A DNA stretch of 43,572 nt from Minisyncoccota bacterium (GTDB lineage: Bacteria > Patescibacteriota > Minisyncoccia > UBA6257 > JAVHQB01), in contig DAONGQ010000003.1 of the NCBI GenBank assembly GCA_035404205.1, forward strand, positions 1 to 43,572, read 5' to 3'. Below, one piece after another: positions 18,073 through 27,674 of the stretch; within the stretch, counting starts at the first letter, position 1; the number at the start of each line of letters is the position of its first letter. The notes under the pieces were generated by a model. The model did no database searches. It was not told the DNA's origin and was given only the letters and a program-made list of their open reading frames with translations. The translations under genes were made by a program, and so were the position numbers.

Positions 18073-18088
18073 GACTGTCAATACAGTC
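18073..18088 (-). terminator. Weak terminator-like hairpin at the lysS stop
   Basis: Minus strand GACUGU-AUUG-ACAGUC followed by UUGUUUG. It overlaps the TAG stop. Confidence 0.35.
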
Positions 18089-19584
18089 TAATCATTATTC
18101 TTGGTGGCAGGAAAGAACACTGTTTCCCTCACTGGCCTATCAACAATAAAGGAAAAAAACCTTTCTGATAAACCAAAACCAGCCGTAGGTGGCATTCCGT
18201 ATTCAAGCGCTTCTATGAAATCTTCATCTATCATTTGAGCTTCTTTATCCCCGCTTTCCCTTAGTTTCATTTGTTCTTCAAATCTAGCTCTCTGGTCTAA
18301 GGGGTCATTAAGTTCCGAAAACCCATTGCCTAATTCGGCCCCAGCCACTAATACCTGAAATCTTTGGGTCCTATTATGGTCATCAAAAAATGATTTGGCT
18401 AAAGGAGAAACTTCAATGGGGTGGTTAATTAAAAAACAGGGTTGGATTAAGGAAGGACGACAAACTTTTTTATAGATTAAATCGATTAACCTTCCTTTGC
18501 CCAAATTGGAGGCAGGATTAAGTTTTAATGCGCTAGCTTTATTATATAAATCTGTATCTGTGGCAATTTTAAGGTCTAAGCCAGCCTTCTCCTTAAATAA
18601 TTCGTAATAATCCACTTTGGGCCAGGGTTTAGACCAATCGATATTTATACCATTGTAGGTTGTTACTAAACTACCCATAACCCTCTCCACTACAAACTTA
18701 TACATCTCCTCGATAAAAACCATCAGTTTATTGTAGTCAGCATAAGACCAATAAAATTCCATCTGAGTATAGTCCTGCAAGTGTTGCGCATCGATACCCT
18801 CATTTCTGAAAACTCTGCCAATTTCAAAAACCCTTTCAAATCCGCCAACAATCAATCTCTTAAGCGCTAGCTCCAAGGATATCCTTAAATAGAAATCCTT
18901 ATTTAAAGCATTGTAATGCGTCATAAATGGCTCTGCGTCGGCGCCGCCAGGGATACTTTCTAAAACAGGCGTTTCTACTTCTAAAAAATTATCTTTCTTG
19001 AGAAACTCTCTGATAGCATCCCAAAAAATAGTTTTCTTATAAAACAATTCTCTGGTCTCCTTATTCATAATCAAATCTAAATACCTTTTCCTGAGGAGTG
19101 TTTCCGTGTCCTTTAAGCCATACCACTGAGTAGGTAATGGTCGTATCGCTTTCGTTAAAAGAGTAACTGTTTTGGCGAGAATGGTTTTTTCACCCACTTT
19201 AGTTATAAAAACGGTTCCCTCTATTTCTACATAATCGCCTATATCTAAATGGTCTAGCCAAAATTTTAGCTTCTCCTCGCCTATTTCATCTGCCTTGAGA
19301 AGCAATTGTAACTCCCCTTTTTCATCTTTAAGGTCCATAAAAACGAGCTTTCCATGTGGTCGAATCGAAAAAATTCTTCCAGCAGTAATGATCGTAGTGG
19401 CAGATTTTTCTAATTCATCAAATCGCTCACTGACTTGGGATAAATCGAACTGTCTATGGGAAATAGCCGGATAGGGGTCAATATTGTTTTTTCTTAAATC
19501 AGTGACTTTAGAGATTCTAGTTTGCCTTAAATCTTCTAGGGGCATAGGACAAAAATTAAAGTTTAAAAATTTGAATTTTTCCAC
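18088..19584 (-). CDS. lysS: Lysyl-tRNA synthetase, class II
   Basis: OB anticodon-binding domain plus class II core (FRNEGIDAQHLQDYTQMEFY, GFGLSERF). The start is uncertain. It is either the GTG at 19584 (GGAGG lies 14 nt upstream) or the ATG at 19545 (MPLEDLRQ..., closer to typical LysS N-termini). Confidence 0.9.
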   Translation of the reverse strand: MEKFKFLNFNFCPMPLEDLRQTRISKVTDLRKNNIDPYPAISHRQFDLSQVSERFDELEKSATTIITAGRIFSIRPHGKLVFMDLKDEKGELQLLLKADEIGEEKLKFWLDHLDIGDYVEIEGTVFITKVGEKTILAKTVTLLTKAIRPLPTQWYGLKDTETLLRKRYLDLIMNKETRELFYKKTIFWDAIREFLKKDNFLEVETPVLESIPGGADAEPFMTHYNALNKDFYLRISLELALKRLIVGGFERVFEIGRVFRNEGIDAQHLQDYTQMEFYWSYADYNKLMVFIEEMYKFVVERVMGSLVTTYNGINIDWSKPWPKVDYYELFKEKAGLDLKIATDTDLYNKASALKLNPASNLGKGRLIDLIYKKVCRPSLIQPCFLINHPIEVSPLAKSFFDDHNRTQRFQVLVAGAELGNGFSELNDPLDQRARFEEQMKLRESGDKEAQMIDEDFIEALEYGMPPTAGFGLSERFFSFIVDRPVRETVFFPATKNND

Positions 19585-19637
19585 CTTTAGTTACAATACC
19601 TCCTCGAGTATACCATAAATACGAAGCCGTCTCAACT

Positions 19638-19659
19638 AAAAACAGGGTAACAAACCCTG
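19638..19659 (-). terminator. Intrinsic terminator of greA
   Basis: Minus strand CAGGGU-UUGUU-ACCCUG followed by UUUUU. Confidence 0.7.
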
Positions 19660-19667
19660 TTTTGAGG

Positions 19668-20135
19668 CTATTTTATTTTAAGAATCTTATAAGTAGTTTC
19701 TCCTTTGGGCGTTTTTAATTTGACAACAGCCCCCTCACTTTTCCCTAAAAGTAACTTCCCCAGAGGAGAAACATTAGAAATTTTGCCAGTCAAAGGATCG
19801 GCCTCTTCTACGCCTACTATCATAAATGTTTTTTTATCTTTTTTGGTCATATCCTCAACGTCTACAGTAGCGCCCACCGTTATTATGTCTAGCCGATGGT
19901 TTCGAATAGGGGTCGCCCTTCTAATAAGGTCGCTCAATTCCTCAATTCTACCCTCCAAAAAAGATTGAGCGGTACGCGCTTCTTCATACTCAGAATTTTC
20001 AGAAAGATCGCCCAGTTCTTTGGCCTCCTGAATCCTTCTCGCCAATTCTAGACGTTTATGCTTGATTAGTTCTTCGTACTCAACCTTCATCTTTTTGTAG
20101 GCTTCATCAGTAACGTAATACGGTTCCAGTGCCAT
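19668..20135 (-). CDS. greA: Transcription elongation factor GreA
   Basis: Coiled-coil N-terminal domain with the GDLSENSEYEEAR acidic-tip motif, plus a C-terminal FKBP-like domain. Confidence 0.93.
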   Translation of the reverse strand: MALEPYYVTDEAYKKMKVEYEELIKHKRLELARRIQEAKELGDLSENSEYEEARTAQSFLEGRIEELSDLIRRATPIRNHRLDIITVGATVDVEDMTKKDKKTFMIVGVEEADPLTGKISNVSPLGKLLLGKSEGAVVKLKTPKGETTYKILKIK

Positions 20136-20202
20136 AAAATTTAGTTAAAGCAATAAAAAAATATATACAAAGATATATATTCCTCAAAATTTATTATGCT
20201 TC

Positions 20203-20230
20203 ATTATACAAAACTTAGGTCAAAAGTCAA
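20203..20230 (-). promoter_or_regulatory. Candidate greA promoter
   Basis: Minus strand TTGACT (20230-20225), 16-nt spacer, TATAAT (20208-20203). Confidence 0.5.
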
Positions 20231-20248
20231 ACTTTTTGATTTTACAAA

Positions 20249-22186
20249 TTAGAGACCTTTGGCATAACGGTTTTGATTCCACCAGTCCAGTACTTTCCCC
20301 ACCACAGGAATAGCTACGGCTGAGCCCTCCTTAGGACCTTCAAACAAAACAAGAACCGCAATTTGTGGGTCTTCATAGGGAGCATAAGCGACAAATAAGG
20401 CATTAATTTTTTGTCCGCCAGAGACTTGGGGTGTCCCCGTTTTACCTGCCAAAGAAATTCCTAAATTATTTAGGGAAACCGCTGAACCCTCAGTTACCAC
20501 TGCGCGCATTCCATCTTGAACAATGTGAAAATAATTTTCAGGTAAATTTAATTTTGTAGTTAATTGAGGGTCTTGGGTTTTTATGACGTCTTCGCCATTT
20601 TTTATTTGTTTCACTAAATGCGGCTGCCAAAAATTACCATTCTCGGCTATGGCTGAGATATAAGACAATAAAGCCAAGGGTGTTACCTGCAAATCTCCCT
20701 GGCCTATACTGATATTATAAGTATCACCGAGATGCCAAACCGGGTCATTGGGGCGAGTTTTACTAAGCAAAGCCTCATCGGCTAAAACACCGGTGCTTTC
20801 CCCCGGCAAATCAATCCCGGTCAATTTATCCAGTCTAAATAATTGCCAATACTGCTTTATTCTATCTTTGCCTAAGCCAGTAACACTGCCATAACCACCG
20901 CCAACAGTATAAAAATAAGTATTGCAAGAAACGGCTAAAGCTTTTCTTAAATTCACTAATCCATGACCATCTAACTTCCAATCTCTAAATACACTTTCTT
21001 TACTAGGGTCGTAGGGATTGGGAATTACTACTCTGCCCTTATCTATTATATTGTCTTGGGGCGGAATAATTTTTTCATTCAAAACAGCCATAGCCATCAG
21101 CGGCTTAATGGTGGAACCGGGAGAGTAGAGGCCGCTAATTGCCCTATTAAACATAGGATGATTAGCGTCTTGAAAAATACTTTGAATAACACTGGCACTA
21201 CCGCCTTGGCTGAAAATATTGCTATCGAAACTGGGCAAACTTACCATGGCTAAAACTTCTCCATTTTTGGGATTCATGGCAATACCGACTGCTTTTTTAA
21301 CTCCCAAATTAATCGTAGACTCCTTAAGCGACGTATACAAGTAATTCTGTAATTCGCTATCAATAGTAAGAACCAAATCAGAGCCATTTTGAGGTTTTTT
21401 CTCTCCAATTGGCTGCAATGTCTTTTGACGAGCGTCTACTTGATAATATTCTTTGCCAGAAACACCATGTAAATAATTCTCATAGGATTTTTCCAATCCC
21501 ATTTTCCCTACCAAATCTGATAAGGGATAATGGCTATATTCGTCCACTTCCTTGGGAGTAATTTTCCCCACATAACCTAAAACAGTGGCATCAGCTTCAC
21601 CACCAGAATAAGAGCGCGACCAACTGGGTACTATGGAAAAACCAGGAAAATTGTTAGAAATTGGCTCAAATTTTTGTATTTCTTCCTGGCTTAAATTATT
21701 TTTTAAAATAATGGGGTCAATGCTTTTACTTTTTACTACCTTGGTGTCCCACCAACTGTCTTCCTTAGCTAAATTGAAAAAGGTATTGACTTGGGTAAAA
21801 AGATTTGATTTAGCCGTAGCATCTGTAGGTAAATCTGCTGGCATAAGCATTAAACTATAAGATTTAATGTTATCAGCTAATTTGGTGCCATAGCGGTCAT
21901 AAATTATCCCCCTAGGCGCATTGATTATTTTATAGCGAGTGGCATTTCCTAAAGCCAAATTTTCAAAGATGCTAGACTTCAAAACTTGACTTTTGAAAGC
22001 CAGAAAACCATACACTATACAAACTCCCAAAACTAAGAACCTTAACAACAAAATAGGTTTACGACTAATATCAGCCTCTAAGTGTTCAAAATTATCCGAA
22101 ACATCAGTAGAATTAGCTGCCATTTTGTCCATCAAAATTTCTTCCGGTTCCAGCTGATAGTAATTTTTCTCTCGCCGCTTAAACAT
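20249..22186 (-). CDS. mrdA: Penicillin-binding protein 2 (elongasome transpeptidase)
   Basis: N-terminal TM helix, with the SPGSTIKP (SxxK), SCN (SxN) and KTGT motifs. It lies downstream of mreBCD and overlaps mreD by 8 nt. Confidence 0.88.
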   Translation of the reverse strand: MFKRREKNYYQLEPEEILMDKMAANSTDVSDNFEHLEADISRKPILLLRFLVLGVCIVYGFLAFKSQVLKSSIFENLALGNATRYKIINAPRGIIYDRYGTKLADNIKSYSLMLMPADLPTDATAKSNLFTQVNTFFNLAKEDSWWDTKVVKSKSIDPIILKNNLSQEEIQKFEPISNNFPGFSIVPSWSRSYSGGEADATVLGYVGKITPKEVDEYSHYPLSDLVGKMGLEKSYENYLHGVSGKEYYQVDARQKTLQPIGEKKPQNGSDLVLTIDSELQNYLYTSLKESTINLGVKKAVGIAMNPKNGEVLAMVSLPSFDSNIFSQGGSASVIQSIFQDANHPMFNRAISGLYSPGSTIKPLMAMAVLNEKIIPPQDNIIDKGRVVIPNPYDPSKESVFRDWKLDGHGLVNLRKALAVSCNTYFYTVGGGYGSVTGLGKDRIKQYWQLFRLDKLTGIDLPGESTGVLADEALLSKTRPNDPVWHLGDTYNISIGQGDLQVTPLALLSYISAIAENGNFWQPHLVKQIKNGEDVIKTQDPQLTTKLNLPENYFHIVQDGMRAVVTEGSAVSLNNLGISLAGKTGTPQVSGGQKINALFVAYAPYEDPQIAVLVLFEGPKEGSAVAIPVVGKVLDWWNQNRYAKGL

Positions 22187-22697
22187 TTCTTCCCCAAGAG
22201 GGTTTAATTAATTTTATGACAATGAAACAACAACTAAAGTCTACCACAAGGTGTATACAGGCGGTAATAAAATTATAATTGGAAATTAACGGGTTAATAA
22301 AATTTGTAAAGAGAAACGGACCAACAATCCAAAAACAACTCAAAAAAATAAAAATATCAATTAGTTGTGTAGGCACAGTTTTAATGTTGGCTAAAACTAA
22401 ACTTCCTAAAATAAATAAATTCCCTACCAAGAAACCGATGGCATAATAACCAAAAGCAGCTGCCCCCAACCAGGTATCTAAAAATATGGTTAGGGGGACC
22501 ATCATCAGGAAAACCACAGGAAAAATCAAATCTCGTTCCCCCAAACCAAAACACAAGACAACTAAATAGGCAATAAGACTGACAGTGGGCCAATAGTAAA
22601 AACCCGTCAGGCCTACCAAGCTATGATTAATCAAAATCCCGCCTAAAATAACAGCCCAGCCAATCACAAATAATAAAACCTTTGCTCGTATAGACAT
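22179..22697 (-). CDS. mreD: Rod shape-determining protein MreD
   Basis: A 172-aa polytopic membrane protein between mreC and mrdA. The call rests on position and topology. Confidence 0.65.
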   Translation of the reverse strand: MSIRAKVLLFVIGWAVILGGILINHSLVGLTGFYYWPTVSLIAYLVVLCFGLGERDLIFPVVFLMMVPLTIFLDTWLGAAAFGYYAIGFLVGNLFILGSLVLANIKTVPTQLIDIFIFLSCFWIVGPFLFTNFINPLISNYNFITACIHLVVDFSCCFIVIKLIKPSWGRNV

Positions 22698-22699
22698 AA

Positions 22700-23449
22700 T
22701 TAGTTCTTGCTAGGTTGCATAAGAACCTTAACCATCAAGGCGTCGTTTAAATTCATTAATGGCTCCAGATAATAAGTTTGATTGATGGTATCGGCCTGCG
22801 CTACCTTGCCAATAATTAACCCTGCTAAATATTCTCTATTGTCTGCCGTAGAGACCAAAATATCATTAATTTGAACATCGCTTTTTAGTTGCAAATAATC
22901 CAAATAGAATTTCCCTTGCGCGTTAACGGTGGCTACTCCCAAAGATTTAGACCGAAGGTCTACAACACTAATCTTGGTTTTGGGACTCAAAAGGTTTTTC
23001 ACCAGGGCGCTATGGGAATAAACGCTGTCTATTACCCCGAGAGCGTTGTTAATTTCGCCCACCACATTCATTCCTACTTGCAGACCGTCATTGGCGCCTT
23101 TATTTATCCAGAAATAATTGCCAGTATTGGTAATATCGCTTTTCAGAATCCTCGCTTCCAATCCATTAATTTCGGCGCTGTTATGAGACAAACCAGCCAG
23201 GTTGTTCTGGACATAGTTAACCACTAAATTCTTGTTTTGTATTTTTACATTGTTGTAATCGTTAGTAAAAGCGATCAAATGGAAAAGATTGTAAAACCAA
23301 GTATATTGGCCATTTAAGGAAGAAACAAATAAATTAGCGCTTACTAAATGCCTATCTAAAAATAGTCTTACCGGTTTCCACATCAAAAGCAGAGACAATA
23401 AAATCAAAACAATAATAGCTAGTTGTAATTTCTTTCTTTGGGCGCTCAT
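22700..23449 (-). CDS. mreC: Rod shape-determining protein MreC
   Basis: N-terminal TM helix and beta-rich periplasmic domains (GMNVVGEINNALGVIDSV..., LAGLIIGKV), immediately downstream of mreB. Confidence 0.8.
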   Translation of the reverse strand: MSAQRKKLQLAIIVLILLSLLLMWKPVRLFLDRHLVSANLFVSSLNGQYTWFYNLFHLIAFTNDYNNVKIQNKNLVVNYVQNNLAGLSHNSAEINGLEARILKSDITNTGNYFWINKGANDGLQVGMNVVGEINNALGVIDSVYSHSALVKNLLSPKTKISVVDLRSKSLGVATVNAQGKFYLDYLQLKSDVQINDILVSTADNREYLAGLIIGKVAQADTINQTYYLEPLMNLNDALMVKVLMQPSKN

Positions 23450-23453
23450 GGGC

Positions 23454-24569
23454 TTAATAATTTATTTTAGAGTCTGCTTCGTTAATATCTATCAAAACAG
23501 TATCTAAGCCGTGCCGATTGTTTATAATCCGCACCATTCCCTTAATCACCGCCAAAGTGGGGTCTTCTATCAAGTGAACCGGCAAATCTGTTTCAGCTGC
23601 TATGAGTTTATCTAAACCATTAAGCAAGCTTCCCCCACCAGCCAAGATAATGCCCTTATCCATAACATCAGCCACCAATTCGGACGGGGTGCTTTCTATC
23701 GTACTTTTGATGCTTTTTATAATAGTCTGTAAAGAACCGCTAATAGCTACTCTCACATCATCATCGGTAATTTTAACTTCCTTGGGCAAGCCGCATGTTA
23801 GATCTCTACCTTTAATGGGCATACTCTGACGAGTACCGGTTTCAATAGCGGAACCAATAGCCAATTTTATCTCTTCAGCGGTCGCTTCCCCAATAGCCAT
23901 TTTGAATTTGTCGCGAACATATTGAATAATATCGCTATTTAATTTATCCCCGGCTACTCTCACGCTACGAAATACCACCACTCCTCCTAACGAAATAACT
24001 GCCGCTTCGGTAACGCCACCGCCAATATTTACCACTAAATTACCACCTGGCTCTAAAACAGGAACACCTGCCGCAATCGCTATAGCAATTGGCGATTCGA
24101 CCAATTTTACTTCATGGGCACCAGCATTTCGGCCCACATCTTCTACGGCCTTTTTTTCTACTTCAGTTCCTCCACAAGGAATGTTAATAACGGCCCGGAT
24201 TCTCCTGAAAGGTAAAAAATTTAAACCATCACTTTTCTGCAAAGCTAACTTGCTAAAAAAGGCTTTAAGCATTTTCTCGGTAATCTCAAAGTCAGAAATC
24301 ACTCCCCCATTTAAAGGTCTGACGGCAGAAATATGTCCCGGAGTTTTACCCAACATAAGGTAAGCCTCGTTGCCAATAGCAAGAATCTGACCGGTTTTTA
24401 CGTTTACGGCAGCAACCGAAGACTCTTGAATTTCTATTTTACCCTCTTTTGAAGCAATGAGAGTTTTGGTGGTGCCCAAATCTATGGCTACGTCTATGAA
24501 CCAATTTTCAGGCCAATGGAAAAAAGAAGTTTTTTTGACAGAAGAATCGGGCTGAGAATCTTTAGGCAT
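23454..24569 (-). CDS. mreB: MreB-family actin homologue, divergent paralogue with a ~25-aa N-terminal extension
   Basis: Actin-fold motifs AIDLGTTKTL, NIGGGVTEAAVISLGGVV and LAGGGSLLNGLDKLI. The N-terminal extension is MPKDSQPDSSVKKTSFFHWPENWF. Confidence 0.85.
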   Translation of the reverse strand: MPKDSQPDSSVKKTSFFHWPENWFIDVAIDLGTTKTLIASKEGKIEIQESSVAAVNVKTGQILAIGNEAYLMLGKTPGHISAVRPLNGGVISDFEITEKMLKAFFSKLALQKSDGLNFLPFRRIRAVINIPCGGTEVEKKAVEDVGRNAGAHEVKLVESPIAIAIAAGVPVLEPGGNLVVNIGGGVTEAAVISLGGVVVFRSVRVAGDKLNSDIIQYVRDKFKMAIGEATAEEIKLAIGSAIETGTRQSMPIKGRDLTCGLPKEVKITDDDVRVAISGSLQTIIKSIKSTIESTPSELVADVMDKGIILAGGGSLLNGLDKLIAAETDLPVHLIEDPTLAVIKGMVRIINNRHGLDTVLIDINEADSKINY

Positions 24570-24590
24570 AAGAATATTTTAAAATTGTAT

Positions 24591-25688
24591 TTATTTTATA
24601 AGGAATGAGAACAAATGCAGATGGATTATATCTTTAAGGGCAATAACCAAAGAAAGACCCAACAATAAAAGCATGCCAATCCCATTAATCGCTTCCACAA
24701 CCTTTAGGGACAAAGGCTCTTTTCTTATCTTTTCCACTATAGCCAGAACCACGCGCCCCCCATCTAATGCTGGCAAAGGCAGAATATTCACAATAGCTAG
24801 GTTAGTAGATAAGAAGGCTAAAAAGTTAAAGAAGTAACGCCAACCTATATGAGCCATTTGGATACTTAATGAAGCTATTCCGATTGGCCCCGTAACTTGA
24901 GGAGTCACCTTTTTGACAAACCAATCTTTTAAGGCCTGAACCAAACCCACAATCATTTCTTGGCTTAAAACTGCCACATGTTTAAATCCCTCCCCAATAG
25001 CTCTCAAAAATGGATATCTGTAATAAGCTAGCTCCATTAAAGACACTCCAATAGGACCAACATCCTCGGCATGATTAATCCTGGGGCTAACTTTAACAGT
25101 TACAATTTCGCTGCCCCTTCGAATAATTAAATCTAAATTAGAAGTTGCGTTTTCTTTCACAATCGTCTGGAAATCAGTTATTCGCTCGGGAACAAATTCT
25201 TGCCCCTTAGCATTACTTACCTTCCAAATAACATCACCCACTTTCAATCCAGCTATTTGGGCGGGAGACTTTTTTTCTATGCTAGTAATAACGATTTCTG
25301 CCTTTTGGCCAGGGAGTAAAGTTTCGTTCGAAACATCCATGGGAAAACCAACGGCAAAAAGAAGGGAAAAAATTAATCCGGCCACTAATAGGTTTACGCC
25401 CACCCCGGCAACGAGAATGCTTATTTTTTGCCCAAGGCCTTTAGCGGCGAAACTACGATTATTTTCGCGAGCTTCCCCTTCTTCTCCTAGAATACGCACA
25501 AAACCTCCGATAGGAATGGCATTAACAGAGTAAACTGTCTCACCAATTTTTTTGCCGAATATTTTGGGAGGAAAACCAATACCAAATTCCTCCACCTTGA
25601 CCCCATTTTTTTTGGCTGCTAGAAAATGGCCAAATTCATGAGCCATAATAAGAAAACCGAAACACAAAATAAAAATTAAGAGTATCAT
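24591..25688 (-). CDS. rseP: Site-2 protease RseP (M50 zinc metalloprotease with PDZ domain)
   Basis: HEFGHF zinc motif in TM1, a PDZ-like segment (AGLKVGDVIWKV), and NILPLPALDGG in the C-terminal membrane core. Confidence 0.9.
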   Translation of the reverse strand: MILLIFILCFGFLIMAHEFGHFLAAKKNGVKVEEFGIGFPPKIFGKKIGETVYSVNAIPIGGFVRILGEEGEARENNRSFAAKGLGQKISILVAGVGVNLLVAGLIFSLLFAVGFPMDVSNETLLPGQKAEIVITSIEKKSPAQIAGLKVGDVIWKVSNAKGQEFVPERITDFQTIVKENATSNLDLIIRRGSEIVTVKVSPRINHAEDVGPIGVSLMELAYYRYPFLRAIGEGFKHVAVLSQEMIVGLVQALKDWFVKKVTPQVTGPIGIASLSIQMAHIGWRYFFNFLAFLSTNLAIVNILPLPALDGGRVVLAIVEKIRKEPLSLKVVEAINGIGMLLLLGLSLVIALKDIIHLHLFSFLIK

Positions 25689-25690
25689 AA

Positions 25691-26248
25691 TTAAACCGTC
25701 ATTATCTCTTTCTCCTTGTCATCAAAGAGCTCCTCAATGGTGGCATTAGTCTTAGTAACTAGTTTTTCTATCGTTTCTTTATATCCAAACTTTTCGTCTT
25801 CAGAAATTTCTTTATTTTTAAAGGCATCATTTAAAGAACTCATTATTTCATCACGCAAGCGTCTAAGCTCTACCCTAAAGCCCTCCTTGGTCGTACCTAA
25901 ATTTTTGACAAGTTCCTTTCGGCGGTCTTCAGTTAGGGGAGGCAGGACTATACGGATTAAGTTTATTTCCTTAACAGGGGTTACTCCCAAAGGAGAAATT
26001 AAAAGCGCCTTAAAAATGGGGTCTATCGCCCCTTGGTCCCATGGTTGAATAGTAATAGTCATTTGGTTTACGCTAATGCTCGCCAAACCTTTTAGCGGTA
26101 ATTTTGACCCATAATAATCAACATTAATATCTTCAACCATTTGGGGATTGGCTCGCCCTACTCTTAGTTTAACCAAGGTGGAGCCAATATTACCCTCTAA
26201 TTCGGTAATTTTATTTTCAAATTGTTTGATAGTATTGTTGTCAAACAT
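25691..26248 (-). CDS. frr: Ribosome recycling factor
   Basis: 185 aa, with LRVGRANPQMVEDINVDYYG...LPPLTEDRRKELVK typical of Frr. Confidence 0.93.
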   Translation of the reverse strand: MFDNNTIKQFENKITELEGNIGSTLVKLRVGRANPQMVEDINVDYYGSKLPLKGLASISVNQMTITIQPWDQGAIDPIFKALLISPLGVTPVKEINLIRIVLPPLTEDRRKELVKNLGTTKEGFRVELRRLRDEIMSSLNDAFKNKEISEDEKFGYKETIEKLVTKTNATIEELFDDKEKEIMTV

Positions 26249-26298
26249 AATATAATTTTAATAATTTAACAATGGGCAATAACTAACGAGGTAGCATC

Positions 26299-26481
26299 CT
26301 ATTTATTAAAATAAAGAGTTGCCCCTGTCTTTTGGTTGAGGAACATAAGCAAATTTGCCATTTGAGAGCTTTTTAAAGACCGGACAATAAACAGCGGCGC
26401 TTCTTTAAAAAATAATGGTATATAATAAATAGCCAAGGCCAAGACTGCAAAGAAAAATAGGGTTTTACCAGCTTGTTTCAT
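26299..26481 (-). CDS. Small membrane protein (60 aa), hypothetical
   Basis: ATG-started ORF with one hydrophobic helix (TLFFFAVLALAIYYIPLFF), on the same strand between holB and frr. Confidence 0.35.
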   Translation of the reverse strand: MKQAGKTLFFFAVLALAIYYIPLFFKEAPLFIVRSLKSSQMANLLMFLNQKTGATLYFNK

Positions 26482-26527
26482 TGATAAGAATACTGATATT
26501 AATATAGCACTAAAAGCCTGATCATGC

Positions 26528-27574
26528 TTAATTCTGTCTTAAAAAAATGTTCTCTAACCATAACCTTTTATTAATACCGCTCCGACGGTTCCAATCGAGA
26601 AAGCTGCTCAAATCCCCAGCCATAACAGCCAAGTTTTTTTGGGTTAGTTTCGGTGGTGGGCCTTTAAAGGAAAATTGATGAGGACGTTCTTCTAAATAAT
26701 ATTTTAGCAAAAATAACCATTCTAGGAGCGTTGTTTCGATATCTGCCGAGTTTAATTTTGCCAGTTTGTCTAAAAACGGGCTTTGTTTGCAAAACGGCAT
26801 AGTCAGCAACTCTAGAAACTCTTTATCAGTTTGTCTGTACCACTGTAGCTTTTCCTGATTAGCTATTAAATCTAGAGCCATCCCCGGGAGACCATGACTG
26901 CGCCATGCAATTTCAGTTAAATCTTGATTATTATTAAAGTTTTTCTCTAGCCATTTGTTTATCTCGACTAAAGGGATTTCTGTAAAATCCAATTTTAATA
27001 ACCTCGAGGTAATAGTGTCTGGCAATCTTTTAATATCTGTGACCAAAAAAATTAAAATACTATCTGGAGGAGGCTCTTCTATCGTTTTTAGAAGATAGCT
27101 CCAGGCCTCGATATTTAACCTTTCGGCATTATCTACTATAACCACCCTTTTCCGAGACAACTGTGGTTTATATTGCAAAAACTCTAAGAGAGGCTTAATT
27201 TGTTCTACTTTAATTTCCTTCGTTTCGGCTAGTTTTTTGGGCGCCACGATATTGTCATCTGCCCCCACTGTCTCTTCGCTATCATCGTCAGTAATCGTCT
27301 CGTTGTCACCGGTATCACCAGCAAAGGAGATTTCAAATAGGTCTGGATTTAATTTTTTAGCCAAACTAAGACAACTGGGACAATTTCCACAGGCTTCATC
27401 TTTAGTTAAATCCTGACACATTATTTTTTGAGCAAATTCTAGAGCTATCAATCTCCGACCAACTTTTTCCGGTCCCACAAACACAAAACTTTGGGCCGTT
27501 AAATTGCTCACTTGTCCATCTAAAAATTTTCTATTGAATGCGTGACCACAGATAGTTGGGTGAGAAGAAACCAT
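26528..27574 (-). CDS. holB: DNA polymerase III delta-prime subunit, with an acidic insertion
   Basis: Degenerate P-loop FVGPEKVGRR, Zn module CGNCPSC, VIVDNAERL, and TSRLLKLDF (SRC-like). An acidic insert, GDTGDNETITDDDSEETVGADDN, follows the Zn module. Confidence 0.8.
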   Translation of the reverse strand: MVSSHPTICGHAFNRKFLDGQVSNLTAQSFVFVGPEKVGRRLIALEFAQKIMCQDLTKDEACGNCPSCLSLAKKLNPDLFEISFAGDTGDNETITDDDSEETVGADDNIVAPKKLAETKEIKVEQIKPLLEFLQYKPQLSRKRVVIVDNAERLNIEAWSYLLKTIEEPPPDSILIFLVTDIKRLPDTITSRLLKLDFTEIPLVEINKWLEKNFNNNQDLTEIAWRSHGLPGMALDLIANQEKLQWYRQTDKEFLELLTMPFCKQSPFLDKLAKLNSADIETTLLEWLFLLKYYLEERPHQFSFKGPPPKLTQKNLAVMAGDLSSFLDWNRRSGINKRLWLENIFLRQN

Positions 27575-27674
27575 TACATCAAAATTTAAAATTCAAACTA
27601 GCGCTAAAATTAGCAGTCAGAATTTGCTACAAATCATTTCTCCTGACGCAAAACTTCCTAATCGCCAACTCTTA

